From positions 167,772,001 to 167,836,000 of the forward strand of contig NC_042998.1 in NCBI RefSeq assembly GCF_006345805.1: DNA of 64,000 nt. Reading direction: 5' to 3'. The translations under genes and the position numbers were made by a program. Under the pieces are notes generated by a model. It did not search any database, was not told the origin of the DNA, and was given only the letters and a program-made list of their open reading frames with translations. This stretch comes from Octopus sinensis (lineage: Eukaryota). This document shows, one piece after another, positions 39,723 to 53,120 of this stretch (its first letter is position 1; every line of letters begins with the position of its first letter).

Positions 39723-39754
39723 GTGTGTGTGTGTGTTGTGTGTGTGTGCGTATG

Positions 39755-39795
<41 letters not shown>

Positions 39796-39980
39796 ATGTG
39801 TGTATATATTGTATATATATATGTATATATACACATATATATACACATACATGTCTAAATGTGTACATGTACATTCGCCTGCATGTGTATTTTTTTTGTA
39901 TGTCAATTCTTTTGTACGCACGCACGCACACACAGACACACACACACACACCACACACACACACATATGTAGAAGGGTGG
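38955..39980. repeat. (TA)/(CA)/(TG) microsatellite mosaic
   Basis: Direct reading. Confidence 0.9.
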
Positions 39981-42900
39981 AGAGAGATGGAGTGGAAGAG
40001 AGATGTTTTCTGTACATCGCGCTCTTTATATAATTACACCACTTTAGATTTCGTTTGTCGTCAGTTAGGTATTTACGTTGTTATTCCAGTGATGCTGGTT
40101 GTGAATACTTATCCATACGCGTAGTAAACTATTGAGATATTTAATATTAGAGACATATGTCAAAGGAGGAGAGGTGTGGGACATAAATTCACTCTGGGGG
40201 GAATTTCGAAACTCGGTTACAAATATTTATCTTATGAAAGCCGTGAACGTTACGATATTTTCAACCTACTTTTTTATTATGTTATCATTTCTATTAATAG
40301 ATTTGGCACATCTATGTACGAAAAATTTACGTACGCACGCATAAACACACATACAGGTGCACACATTGCAAAATTCAAATTTGCGGGGAAATTTAAAAGT
40401 AATATTTCATCAACCAAAAACCGATATGAATATATTTTTTCAATTATTCATAGAGTATATATTCTTTAATAATTGTAACTGATCCCGAAGTATTTTTCTA
40501 ACCATCATCTTAGCCGGTTTTTATATGGCCTGTAAAGACCTAATTTTCATTATTGAGGTCGCATACTGATCAAACCTACTCCCATATAAAAAGGTGCTAC
40601 GCCCAGTGGATCAGAATACCATTTGCATGTGTAACAGCCCTGCTCTTTGTACCCACTCTCATGTGTTTAGCATTCAAAATCACTGTTAATAATATGATTA
40701 TTTGGGCCATCCAGTATCTTTTTTTTACCAATACTTTAAAAAATTTTTATCGATTAAAAACAAGGAAACAAAATAACTGGTCATATATTTAAAATTTACA
40801 ATTTCCTGGCTTTCTACTGATATATTTCCGGTCATATGTACGGAGAAAATAGGAAAGAAGAAATAAATTGTATTTTATAACAAGTTTCGCCTTGTTTTAT
40901 AAGAATTTTACACCGTGTAAACTTTTGAATAGGTTATCCATTAAACATACTTTTTTTATCTACGTTGTTATGAACTTTAAAATGCGATTCACTTGTTTGA
41001 ATTGTTGATATATTATAGCTGTTATTAAGACAATAGAGTGAAAGGATTTCTAGAGAGGTAGACGGAGTGATTTTTGAAAAATCAGAAGCAGACATGAATT
41101 TATTGTCTGCACCTATCTATAGATTATGTATTCTTGATATCGAAGCCGAATTTGAAAGGTAAAACCAATTCAGAAGTATTTTTGTATATATAGTATGTCT
41201 CTCAGTTCTGACTTCAAATCTGGTTGGGTGAGCATTGGTTTTTATTCCCCCAGAGGGGGAATAAAATATAAAAAGAAAAAATTGTGCAAGTGGGATCGAT
41301 CTATTCGACAATATCCCATTTCCAAAATGTGGTGGATAAGTTAGAAATTATTATTATTGATGACCATGATTTAACGTTTGAAAGTATTATTGTGAAGAAT
41401 TCAAATTTCAGATTTGGGAAATCAATGAAAATAATAAAATAATTCGCTCAGTATCAATTAACGAGTGCGTGAAGTACGAGAGGATAATACAGAATATATT
41501 TGTAATACAATTATTTGTGAATAAAATGTACTTTAGACTGCTGAAACAATCGATGCAATTAGTCAAAATATAATACTGTGTAATACAATTTTCGTCCTTG
41601 GGTAGCAACTGTTATTTTCTTTCTTCTTACCCCTAGAAAGTACGGAAAATGGTTAATATTTTCTTCAAACTGTGTTTCTGTTACACTTATCCAAACTGCA
41701 AAGAATCCCTCTCAACACATGGCTACGATGTTCCTTTACTACTCCTGGTCGTGATCAGAGATGCACATATTGTTAGCTACTAAGGGACATGATGAGGTGG
41801 TTAAGGTCAAGCAACGGACAAGCAAATCTGTGGTATTGAGCAGAATATTTGATATAATGATATTTCTGCTTTAGCATCTTAATGCTGAATCTGTCTGAAA
41901 TGTAATGGAAAATAAGTCAGTTTCGAAACATTGATGTCCAGGTCACAAAAGCAAAGTTTGAAGGGAATAATAAGTCATTTCCTTTGATTTATAGACAGAA
42001 GCAAATAAAAAATAACATTTACTGACCAAAGGCAAAAATATAAATGAAAAAAAATTTGTTACACAGTACTATGAAAACGAACGAGAAACCTAATATCAGC
42101 TTCACGTTTTTCTTTTTCTTTCTTTTTTTTGTTGAGGTTGCAGAGATACAAAAATTTAGATGGAAAAAAGAAGGAGCTAATTGAAGATGAACATGGTTGT
42201 AGATCAAGCTTGCTATTTCATGAAAGAGCCTAGAAGAAATCAAGGGTTACTAGATGTGTTTTACAAGATGGATAATATACAACTTGATCTACTGGTTGAA
42301 AAGATTAGTTTTTTAAAATAAATAATGAGGGGTTACGAAATGATGAAAATAATTTTCCAACACCAAAAGACAACGCGGGAAATGGTACTTTCATTAATTA
42401 GATCTAAAGTTTTCCTTTTCTCTATATTTGACGAATGTTAGATGTTACGTATGTGTCATCGTATATGTATTGTCTTATGTATTGTCTTATGTCCATGCTT
42501 CAATTGACAATACATAATGTCTTTTTTCTTCACCCTGAAAACTAGTTTAGAATTATAACATGAAATATTCAATGACGGACCGTCTATTTCCCGCGGATCA
42601 TTTGTAGCTATGTAAAACAGTGTCCTTGAACCACCTTAATAGTGCAGCGCAAAATTTAGCAAAATTTGATTTTAATTTCAAATCGATTCAAAAGTTTACT
42701 GTTTACTACCGCATTTTAAAGTAAAATTCTAAATTACAGCTGCAACCTAAGTGATCAATGATCAGCCCAGTAAGGGAAATGTAAGAGCCTATGGGGTGAT
42801 CCTGTGCGAGAGTTTCGAAGACTGGCGATATTCAGATGGCTCCAGCCTTTGAGTTTTTGTTACGATCTGAACATATTTGGTGCCATTTTGAAACGTTATC

Positions 42901-43311
42901 GTACTGTTATTATACTGTTATCGTACTTCGAATAATCTTATCTGTATAATATACTGTTTAAATTGATGTAAATCTTTTAGAAATACTTAAAAATACTTTT
43001 TAAAAAATCAGCAAATGTAATATCAACATTTATATAATAAATATACCCCAATTATAAAGCCCACACCCTCAAATTATCAAAGTCTTCAAAGAGCCAAAAT
43101 TCAAAGATGACGGAAATTTAATCTGCATTAAATAGTTTTATAAATTGCCGAAAATGTCTTAAAAGTTGAGATGATCATACAAGAAACCGACGGGAAAAGT
43201 TTATCGACGCATCATAACATCTGCAGCCTAATTTTTTGCCTACACCATTTTAAAGCTTTCCGGTTGAAAATAAAGGAACAAAAGAAATATCCCGTCTGCA
43301 ATTTACCTGCA

Positions 43312-43312
43312 G

Positions 43313-43403
<91 letters not shown>

Positions 43404-43453
43404 GTCTATCTGTCTGTCTGTCTGTCTGTCTGTCTGCCTGCCTGCCTGCCTGC

Positions 43454-43515
<62 letters not shown>

Positions 43516-43576
43516 GTCTGTCTGTCTGTCTGCCTGTATGCTTGTCTGTATCTTTCTCTCTCTCTCGTTTCTCTCT

Positions 43577-43650
<74 letters not shown>
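43312..43650. repeat. (TCTA)n-(TCTG)n-(CCTG)n-(CT)n-(TA)n compound microsatellite
   Basis: Direct reading. Confidence 0.95.
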
Positions 43651-43653
<3 letters not shown>

Positions 43654-44191
43654 ACGAGTGTTTATGAAGTTTCTAATGGAAAGAGGTTGCTTTTTCACTG
43701 GGATGTAGTGAAATTCTCATAATCAAATAAGCAGAAGTTAAATAAATATTTTGATTTGGATACATACATACATACAAATATATACACTTTATTTTATATT
43801 TTTTCACGAGTGAGTAGAGAAACGAATGGCAGCTAGCCTCAATAAAAGCCGATCTAAATTCCATTAAGGATGAATGACTTAGTATGACCTAGTTCCTCAG
43901 GTCTGCAACTAGCCATTGTCCACTGAAGTCGTAGTTTAACCTCAAGCAATTTTTAGAAAGGAATTCAAAAGACACACATGCTCACACACACATGCGTGTG
44001 CGCGCATACTGCTACTTCAGTCGGTAAGCAAACTCACCATCCATTAGGATGTGAATGAATATTTGTCAATTTTTTGCTCTGAAGAGATTTTTACATTTTA
44101 AATGCATAATGCAATCTTAATTGTAAAACATGAACGAAGGTAAGAAATTGAAACGTACGTAGACGATATAAAATTGACTCTTTTCTCTTTC

Positions 44192-44585
44192 TCTTTTACT
44201 TGTTTCAGTCATTTGACTGCGGCCATGCTGGAGCACCGCCTTTAATCGAGCAACTCGACCCCGAGACTTATTCTTTGTAAGCCCAGTACTTATTCTATCG
44301 GTCTCTTTTTTGCCGAACCGCTAAGTGACGGGGACGTAAACACACCAGCATCGGTTGTCAAGCAATGCTAGGGGAACAAACACAGACACACAAACAAACA
44401 CATATATATATATACATATATACGACAGGCTTCTTTCAGTTTCCGTCTACCAAATCCACTCACAAGGCATTGGTCGGCCCGGGGCTATAGCAGAAGACAC
44501 TTGCCCAAGATGCCACGCAGTGGGACTGAACCCGGAACCATGTGGTTGGTTAGCAAGCTACTTACCACACAGCCACTCCTGCGCC
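44192..44585 (-). mobile_element. SINE family A (young)
   Basis: Full reverse-complement copy. Confidence 0.92.
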
Positions 44586-44640
44586 TATTATATAAATAAA
44601 TTGATTTTTTTCTGTGCTCAAACTTTCCATTTTCTCTCTC

Positions 44641-44695
<55 letters not shown>

Positions 44696-44716
44696 TATAT
44701 ATATATATATATATAT

Positions 44717-45126
44717 GGCGCAGGAGTGGCTGTGTGGTAAGTAGTTTGTTTAACAACCACATGGTTCCGGGTTCAGTCCCACTGCGTGGCACCTTGGGCA
44801 GGTGTCTTCTACTATAGCCTCGGGCCGACCAAAGCCTTGTGAGTGGATCTGGTAGACGGAAACTGAAAGAAGCCCATCGTACATATGTATATATATATGC
44901 GTGTGTGTGTTTGTGTGTCTGTGTTTGTCCCCCTAGCATTGCTTGACAACCGATGCCGGTATGTTTATGTCCCCGTTACTTAGCGGTTCGGCAAAAGAGA
45001 CCGATAGAATAAGTACTGGGCTTACAAACAAATAAGTCCCGGGGTCGAGTTGTTCGATTAAAGGCGGTGCTCCAGCATGGCTGCAGTCAAATGACTGAAA
45101 CAAGTAAAAGAGTAAAAGAGTAAAAG
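44717..45126 (+). mobile_element. SINE family A (young)
   Basis: Full copy, head-to-head with 44192-44585. Confidence 0.92.
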
Positions 45127-45870
45127 ATATATATATATATATGTATGTATGTATATATACATATACGCCCACGTATGCACACATAATAACATACATAAAC
45201 ACACACAAACACACATAGAGTGATACAGACAGCTAGATAGATAGGCGAGTGTGGCACACATATGTAAATAATTTCCTGAATATAATCGTATGCTTTATGA
45301 ATAAAAAGAAAAAACTCTTGAACAAGCGTTTTTTGTGGCCCAGTTTCGGTTATTAGTTATCATAACTATTTCATATTTCTATGCCTTAAACATTTCAGGG
45401 TCATTACCATATGTGATCTGAATGTGTTAATTAATTTCGTAGTGGATATATGGTATAGAGATAAGTGAGCACAGCAAGACAGTCTTCCAAATATAAGGAA
45501 AAAGAAAAAAAAAACGTAGAACAAAAAAAAAACAAAACAAAAAAAACATTTATAATCGTATTATATTTGTCCTAGTTGTACATAATATGTTTATTGCTAT
45601 TTACATACCAGGAATGTCACATGTCCTGAATACTTGTCCAAGTGATGCCTTTATTTTAGATTCATGTCATTATGTAATTATTTACAGAACACGCTTATGC
45701 ATGCGCTTCCGCACACTTATATACACACACACACATACACTCACATACACTCACAAACACACAAACATACACACACACACACACACACACCACACGCATA
45801 TATTTACATACCTACTCACAAGCGTCAGGATGTTTGTATATCTACACAAATGTATATGCATAGGAGGAAA

Positions 45871-45919
<49 letters not shown>

Positions 45920-46124
45920 GTCTGTCTGTCTACCTATATGTATATATGTAGTTAAATACGTTTGAGCATGTACACACACATACGCATACATATACATACA
46001 TATACATACACACACACACACACACACGCAGACACACACACAAATATATATATAACGAGTATATTTCGGCAAATTCTACCTATATTGGATTTATATTACA
46101 CTCACACACCCAAACACCTCCATG

Positions 46125-46185
<61 letters not shown>

Positions 46186-46186
46186 G

Positions 46187-46233
<47 letters not shown>

Positions 46234-46250
46234 GTCTATCTATCTATCTA

Positions 46251-46500
46251 TCTATACTACATTTGTGGGAAATTCTGTTTGTGGGTGTGTTTGTGGAGTT
46301 AGCTAATTCCTCCTACATCGTTTTATCGATTTTGATGAAACGTGACACGTGAGTAGAAATCATGTCTGGAAACCTCATGGCATACTCAGATTGTTGAAAA
46401 TAATCGATAAAAGGACCCTTGGAAGGGATCCTTATATATAACCAAGGGAAATAACCCATTCATTTTCCTAAATTATTCGGTATTAAAATAAAATTGAGTA
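46251..46500 (+). mobile_element. Helitron-like 5' end emerging from a (TCTA)n tract
   Basis: TCTATACTAC start, then CTGTTTGTGGGTGTGTTTGT and ATCGATTTTGATGAAAC, motifs common in non-autonomous Helitrons. Confidence 0.4.
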
Positions 46501-47966
46501 TGCTTATTTCTTAGTATTTGAACTGTTTGTTATTTTCTCAACTTATCCAGTACAACCATTAAAGAAGTAAATAGTATTTTCCTAAACAATTGCTCCACCT
46601 ATTTCGGTTAGTGACTTATTCACGAATATCCAAACACTAGCGCCCCTGAGGGTAATACACTCTGGGAATGCACAAAAACCCTTTCCAGAGTTATTTACTT
46701 TGAATTGTTATTATCTCATGTGTGATTAGCCTGTTATTACGTAACATGCTTCACGCTTTTAGTATACATACCTTATTAGTATTTCCTTCTATGTTCTTCA
46801 TACTCTTTTCGGGGCTACTTTATTTGAATTCTTACTATCTGGTAACTAATTTCATGTTATTACATAACTAATATCACAATTTGGGTAGTTATAACTGGTG
46901 TGTTTGTATCCCCGTAACTTAGTGGTTCGGCAAAAGAAGCCCATAGAATAAGTACTAGGCTTACAAAGAATAAGTCCTGGCGTTGATTTCTTCGTCTAAA
47001 ACCCTTTAAGGCGGTGCTCCAGCATTGTCGCAGTTTGATAAAAGTAAAAGAATAAAAGAATAAAGAATAGGTGGAGAATAAAGAATAGGGCGAGGAGTGG
47101 AATAAGTGAAGGGGAAGGCAGTGTGAGGGGATTACCGGGAGAGAGATGTAAAGTGGTAAGGGCAAAGGGTAATGAGGAAGTGAGATGTGAGGATTTCATA
47201 GATGGAGTGCTATCCCATCCGACCTTATGCAGGATGACCGCAGTCAAATGACTGAAACAAGCAAATAAGAATAAATAAGTATAATGTGCTAGTAGTGTAT
47301 TTCGTTTTTTAATTTATCATTTTCATTTCTCACTTGTTATTTTCTTTTACTTGTTCATTTTGTTCTGTCATGTGCTTTCACTTATACTAACTTCTCTTAG
47401 CTTAGTGTCGCCTGTTTTATTCTGATACTATACTTCACTCTCCCTTTTCAGCTTCCCTATCTCCCTTACTAAATGGCATTTGTCTCTCTGTTGTCTCTCT
47501 GGACTAGATTCTTCTCGGTGAAGGATGCCGGACGCAGTACGGTGGGTAGACGAAATGAGAAGACAGAAAATAGGTATTGTCGTTAGAATAGAATGGGTAA
47601 TATTTTTCGAGAAGTGGACTGCATGTGTCAGGGATCATCATCAGGCGGGCCGCACTATTTAAACTTTTGATGTAATTTTTCGTTAGACATGCCATTCGGA
47701 AAGAACTGCAGGCTGTAGGTTGCCGCCTGACAAGAATAGATGGTCGTGGTATAGAAGGATGGAAGGTGAGTGAGTGAGGATGCGTGGGGAAGAGAAAGAG
47801 AGTGGAAGAGCATGAGACTGAGAGGAAACTGGAGAGAGGTAGGTAAACATCAAAAGAGCACGAATAGCTAAAAAGATAAGGACAAACGACTAAAAGACTA
47901 GATGAGAAACACAGAGACAATGGGATAGAAAGCATAGCATTAAGACTGAGGCATAACATTAAGTAG

Positions 47967-48199
47967 GGCGGCGAGCTGACAGAATCGGTAGCACGCCGGG
48001 CGAAATGCTTGGCAGTATTTCATCTACCGCTATGTTCTGAGTTTAAATTCCGCCTTGGTCGACTTTGCATTTCATCCTTTCGTGGTCGATAAATTAAGTA
48101 CTAGTCACGCACTGGGGTCGATGCAATCGACTTAATCCCCTTGTCTGTCCTTGTTTGTCCCCTCTATGTTTAACTCTTTGTGGGCAATAAAGAAATAAC
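47967..48199 (+). mobile_element. SINE family B
   Basis: Full copy. Confidence 0.9.
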
Positions 48200-48633
48200 A
48201 TTAAGACTGAGTGAGGAAGGAAAGGAAAACTAGCAACATAGTTTAGAACGATTCTTACCTCTAACTGTTATTCCTTCTCAACAGTCTGTGTTTCTCTTCG
48301 CATCCACCGTCCCGCTATTAAGCTTTCAGCATTTCTACAACATTTTTTGTTTCGACTCCGCCTTACTTTACTGCGAAAGAACATCGGACACGGATATTTT
48401 ATTTGTCCATGCGTTATTCTGGAATGTACCTGGATCAGTAAGGATTCTTTGCGAAACACCCAAATTCATTCAAAGCTTATACACTAAAATTGCACTTATA
48501 AAAGAAAAATTAAGCTACTACGAAAAAGACATTTGCAACCAAAACCGTGCAACATATTGAAATGAATGCATAATTTGTATTTCCTGTGTCTCATAGTATT
48601 TAGTAGTATTCTTTTTAAATTTATGATATCGTA

Positions 48634-49029
48634 GGCGTAGGAGTGGCTGTGGTAAGTTACCAACCACATGGTTCCGGGTTCAGACCCATGCGTGGCACAT
48701 TGGGCGAGTGTCTTCTACTATAGACTCGGGCCGACCAAAGCCTTGTGAGTGGATTTGGTAGACGGAAACTGAAAGAAGCCCGTCGTATACACACACACAC
48801 ACATATATATATGTGTGTGTATGTTTGTGTGTCTGTGTTTGTCCCCCCAACATCGCTTGACAACCGATGCTGGTGTGTTTACGTCCCCTTAACGTAGCGG
48901 TTCGGCAAAAGAGACCGATAGAATAAGTACTAGGATTACAAAGAATAAGTCCTGGGGTCGATTTGCTCGACAAAAGGTGGTGCTCCAGCATGGACACAGT
49001 CAAATGACTGAAACAAGTAAAAAAGTAAA
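48634..49029 (+). mobile_element. SINE family A
   Basis: Full copy. Confidence 0.9.
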
Positions 49030-49525
49030 GTGTATATCATTGACCTAAAACTGATTTTTAAAAGAAACCCTTATTGAACTCTCACTAACTATTTTGCACA
49101 AAAGAAGCCATTTTGTTATAATTACGAATTATTTATCTAATTACAACCGAAAATTACGGAAATATTATTCATCTAATTTCTATGAACATAACTTGCAATC
49201 AAGAATACCTCGTTGACATGTTTTCATTAATTGCTTTAACTACTTATGTAACTGCGAGCTGACATGGAGATCTCGGCCATCAAATCCTTGACCTAAAGGA
49301 AGATCCAGAATAAAACAACTAGGGAGAGAGAAAGCGGAGGGGGGGAGTATGGATGGAGAGAGAGAAAGAGAGAGAAAGATAGGCAGACAGACAGACAGAA
49401 GGAAAGGGAGAGAGAGGGAGAGAGACAGACAGACAGACAAACAGACAGAGAGTTGCACTAGCACTGGGCGGGTATCTTGGTTTCTGACTGCGAAAGGTTA
49501 AGAGACTAATCTGATTCTCAGTTAG

Positions 49526-49647
<122 letters not shown>

Positions 49648-49754
49648 TAATATAGTAATATATATATATATAGTATATATATTATATATATATATATATA
49701 TAATATAGTAATATATATATATATATATATATAATATATCATTATTACTATTGA

Positions 49755-50165
49755 AGGCCAGTTGGCTGAAATGTTAGCACGCCGGGCAAAATGCTTAGTG
49801 GAATTTTGTCCGTCTTTACGTTCTGAGTCAAATTCCGCCGAGGTCGACTTTGCCTTTCATCCTTTCGGGGTCGATAGATTAAGTACCAGTGAAACTCTGG
49901 GGTTTATGTAATCGACTATTCCCCTGCCCCATAATTTCAGGCCTTATGCCCATTATTAGAAAATATTATTACTATTGAAGGCAGTGATCTGACAGAATCG
50001 TTTGCTCACCGGACAAAATGATTAGATGCATTTCTTCCGGCTATTTACGTTCTGAGTTCATATGTCGCCGAGGTCGACTTTGCCTTTCGTCCCTTTAGGG
50101 TGGATGAATTGGGTATCAGCCAAGCATTATGTTCGATGTAATCAACTTGACCTCCCAAAATTTGA
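49755..50165 (+). mobile_element. Two SINE family B copies, diverged
   Basis: Family motifs. Confidence 0.82.
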
Positions 50166-50176
50166 GGTCTTATGTC

Positions 50177-50479
50177 GTTGTTTGTTCCTTCTCGAGCTAT
50201 GCCTGGCTCATAAGGGCCGGTTTCCCGGTTTTCTTGCCGTATAAGTTCCCCACCTGGATGGGACACCGGTCCATCGCAGGTGAGCTGCAAGATGCAGGAG
50301 GAAAGGGTGAGAGAAAATTGTGGCGAAAGAGTCAGCAGAAGTTTGCCATTATCTTCTGCCGGAGCCGCGGGGAGCTTAGGTGTTTCGCTCATAAACACAA
50401 ACATCACCCGGTCTGAGATTCGAACCCGCGATCCCTCGACCGCGAGTCTGCTGCTCTAACCACTAGGCCATGTGCCTCC
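50177..50479 (-). mobile_element. SINE family C (tRNA head, CORE-like and V-domain-like segments)
   Basis: GGAGGCACATGGCCTAGTGGTTAGAG...GGTTCGAATC head; CCTGCGATGGACCGGTGTCCCATCCAGG; tail shared with 62627-62872. Confidence 0.85.
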
Positions 50480-51729
50480 ACTTATGTCTATAGTAGATGC
50501 TTTCTCTGCATCTCTGTGCGCCTAAGGTACGAGCTGTGGTTTGTTTTGATGTTATTTTTACTGTTATGAATGTGCGCAACGTAAGACGTGTACAATATCT
50601 TGCAGTGTTATTTTCTGAGTGCTATGTATATTCTTGGGGATTATTATTTAGGCTCTTGTAACGTTTCTCATTAGAAACAACAACAACAACAACAACATGA
50701 GCAATAAAAAAGGTTTTAAAAAGCTAGGCCTTCAGAGTGATAATAAGAATTAAGCACCACGCCAGGCATGCGGATCCTTGTGATTGATGAAGGGATTAAC
50801 TGAACTTTACAACATGGGTCCATAGACAGATACTACAGTTGAGATGTATCAAATGGCGTGTAAGCCAGACCAATTACATTAACAGATAAAATTACCCACA
50901 GGATCCTATAGCCAATTAGTTGTCGAATCCTAAGAAACATCTGGTTCCACCATACGCCATGACCTGCACCCTGCCGTAACGACACTGCTTCTAATCTCTA
51001 ACTTTGTTTTCAGTAACAATAGTCTTTCCCTCCCTCCTAAATATTTTGCCAAGCATCAGAACAAAGATATTTTTTTCCCAAAAAAAGTAAAAAAAAAAAA
51101 ATATGGTAGGGGTATGTGTGTGATAAAATTATATATTTGAACAAAAATACAAAGCTCAAGTAGATATTTTTGGTTTAGTTTTTATCTACACCTGACTATG
51201 GGAATATTGGAAATAATACTGTCAAATTCATAATGTGATAATGTAGTGGAACAATATTTTTCTTTTCTTTTCCCATTAATCGTTATCTTCCTTTATCAAT
51301 CTTTGTACTGTGATATGGACATCATGTTTCTAGGCGTAGATTTGTTTTGGGTCTATCATCAGATAACGCATGGTTATAGATAACGTACAGACTCAACAAG
51401 CACTAACTTGCATGTACATGTGTGTACATAGCTTTAAATTTCACAGTTGACGATGTTGTTACTGTTGTCTATTTCTATTTAGAGGGGGGGTTATAGATGT
51501 CTTTACTTGTTACTTCATTTACTCGTCGTACGTTTTATCATTGTGGAGGGTCGTATATTTAGTTGTATTTTGTGTATGCGTTTACACACACACACACACA
51601 CATACATACATACATACATACATACATACTACATACATACATACATACATACATACATACGTACGTATATATATATATATATATAGAAACACACACACAC
51701 ATACACACACACACATATATATATATATA

Positions 51730-51780
<51 letters not shown>

Positions 51781-51782
<2 letters not shown>

Positions 51783-51888
51783 GAAAGAAGGTTTGAAAAT
51801 CGATTAAGGTTGTTAAAATTGCATTTTCAAACCTTCTTTCGTATATAATTCCAATCGTGCGGTACCTTACAACTCTACTTTGTTATAT

Positions 51889-51890
<2 letters not shown>
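51781..51890 (+). mobile_element. Short copy of the HHR fold-back element terminus
   Basis: Matches 52049-52146 and is flanked by (TA)n. Confidence 0.8.
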
Positions 51891-51930
<40 letters not shown>

Positions 51931-51957
51931 ATATAGATATATATATATATATATATA

Positions 51958-52143
51958 TACGAAAGAAGGTTTGAAAATGCAATTTTAACAACCTTAATCG
52001 ATTTTCAAACCTTATTGGGTTCTTCTCAGAGGCGTCTAAGAACCCAATAAGGTTTGAAAATCGATTAAGGTTGTTAAAATTGCATTTTCAAACCTTCTTT
52101 CGTATATAATTCCAATCGTGCGGTACCTTACAACTCTACTTTG

Positions 52144-52146
<3 letters not shown>
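51958..52146 (+). mobile_element. Palindromic non-autonomous PLE-like terminal element in (TA)n
   Basis: Perfect arms of ~65-70 bp around CTCAGAGGCGTCT; only the right arm carries a ~40-bp extension. Confidence 0.75.
51992..52032 (-). ncRNA. Minimal type I hammerhead motif (core one nt short)
   Basis: CCT-CTGAGA-AG-AACC-CAATAA-GGTT-T-GAA-AATCGATT-A-AGG: stem I CCT/AGG, stem II AACC/GGTT, palindromic stem III, UA site. Confidence 0.65.
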
Positions 52147-52180
<34 letters not shown>

Positions 52181-52201
52181 AGTTTAAATGATTGTGGTTA
52201 T

Positions 52202-52417
52202 AAACAAAACTTTTATTATTATGAGTATAATTATAGTTAGGGTTCGCCAAAGATTTGCTTCACCACATACCGAAATTTAGAAATAGCAGTTAAGACTAGC
52301 TATTTCTCTATCATAGCTAGTTTTAACTGCTATTTCTAAATGTCGGTATGTGGTGAAGCAAATTTTTTTGCTGAACCCTAATTATAATTATACTCATAAT
52401 TATAAAAAAATTTGTTT
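52202..52417. repeat. ~100-bp-arm imperfect palindrome (MITE-like)
   Basis: Arms 52202-52303 and 52313-52417, e.g. CTTCACCACATACCGA/TCGGTATGTGGTGAAG. Confidence 0.85.
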
Positions 52418-52885
52418 AAGTTTACCGAAAATGCTTCTTTTAACATACCGAACTACTAGGTTAAATTATTAATTATTAATTAGTTAATTAATTAATCTTA
52501 CCCTTTATTATTATTATTGATTGTGGTTTTATGTATTTTTCAGTTGTGATTGCTAGCATATTTTTGTCAACTCATTCGTTTCTCCTTACATGTAGAATTT
52601 TAAAACAAACTTTATACATATTGAGGAAATTAATTATATACTCTGCTGGCCCGCACAAAACTGTCTAACAACTAAATATAATTTTTGTCTAGCTAGTATT
52701 TTGTATGTGAGATATATGTTTTGCGAAACTTGAATATAAATGAAAAGTTTCTCATTCACGAGAAGAAATTAGCAGCTAAACGTTTGACCAAATTCTTTAG
52801 TTGAAGTGATTATTATTGATTTAATGATCCAGATCTGATATCTATATTTTGACTAAAAGTTGTACATACATTTTAATTTGCCAGC

Positions 52886-53120
52886 TACCTATTTCTTTAC
52901 TACCCACAAGGGGCTAAACACAGAGAGGACAAACAAGGACAGACAAACGGATAAAGTCGATTATATCGACCCCAGTGAATAACTGGTACTTAATTTATCG
53001 ACCCCGAAAGGATGGAAGGCAAAGTCGGCCTCGGCGGAATTTGAACTCAGAACGTAAATACAGACGAAATACTGCTAAGCATTTCGCCCGGCGTGCTAAC
53101 GTTTCTGCCAGCTCGCCGCC
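52886..53120 (-). mobile_element. SINE family B
   Basis: Full reverse-complement copy. Confidence 0.9.

Noticed and set aside
42751-42852. PSKGNVRAYGVILCESF resembling kinase subdomain IX
   Set aside because: Short, bounded by stops, lacks the invariant Asp and Trp, has no flanking kinase motifs or clear splice sites; probably chance.
48285-48560. ~90-codon open frame after a good plus-strand acceptor
   Set aside because: No recognisable homology or supporting neighbouring exons; insufficient evidence.
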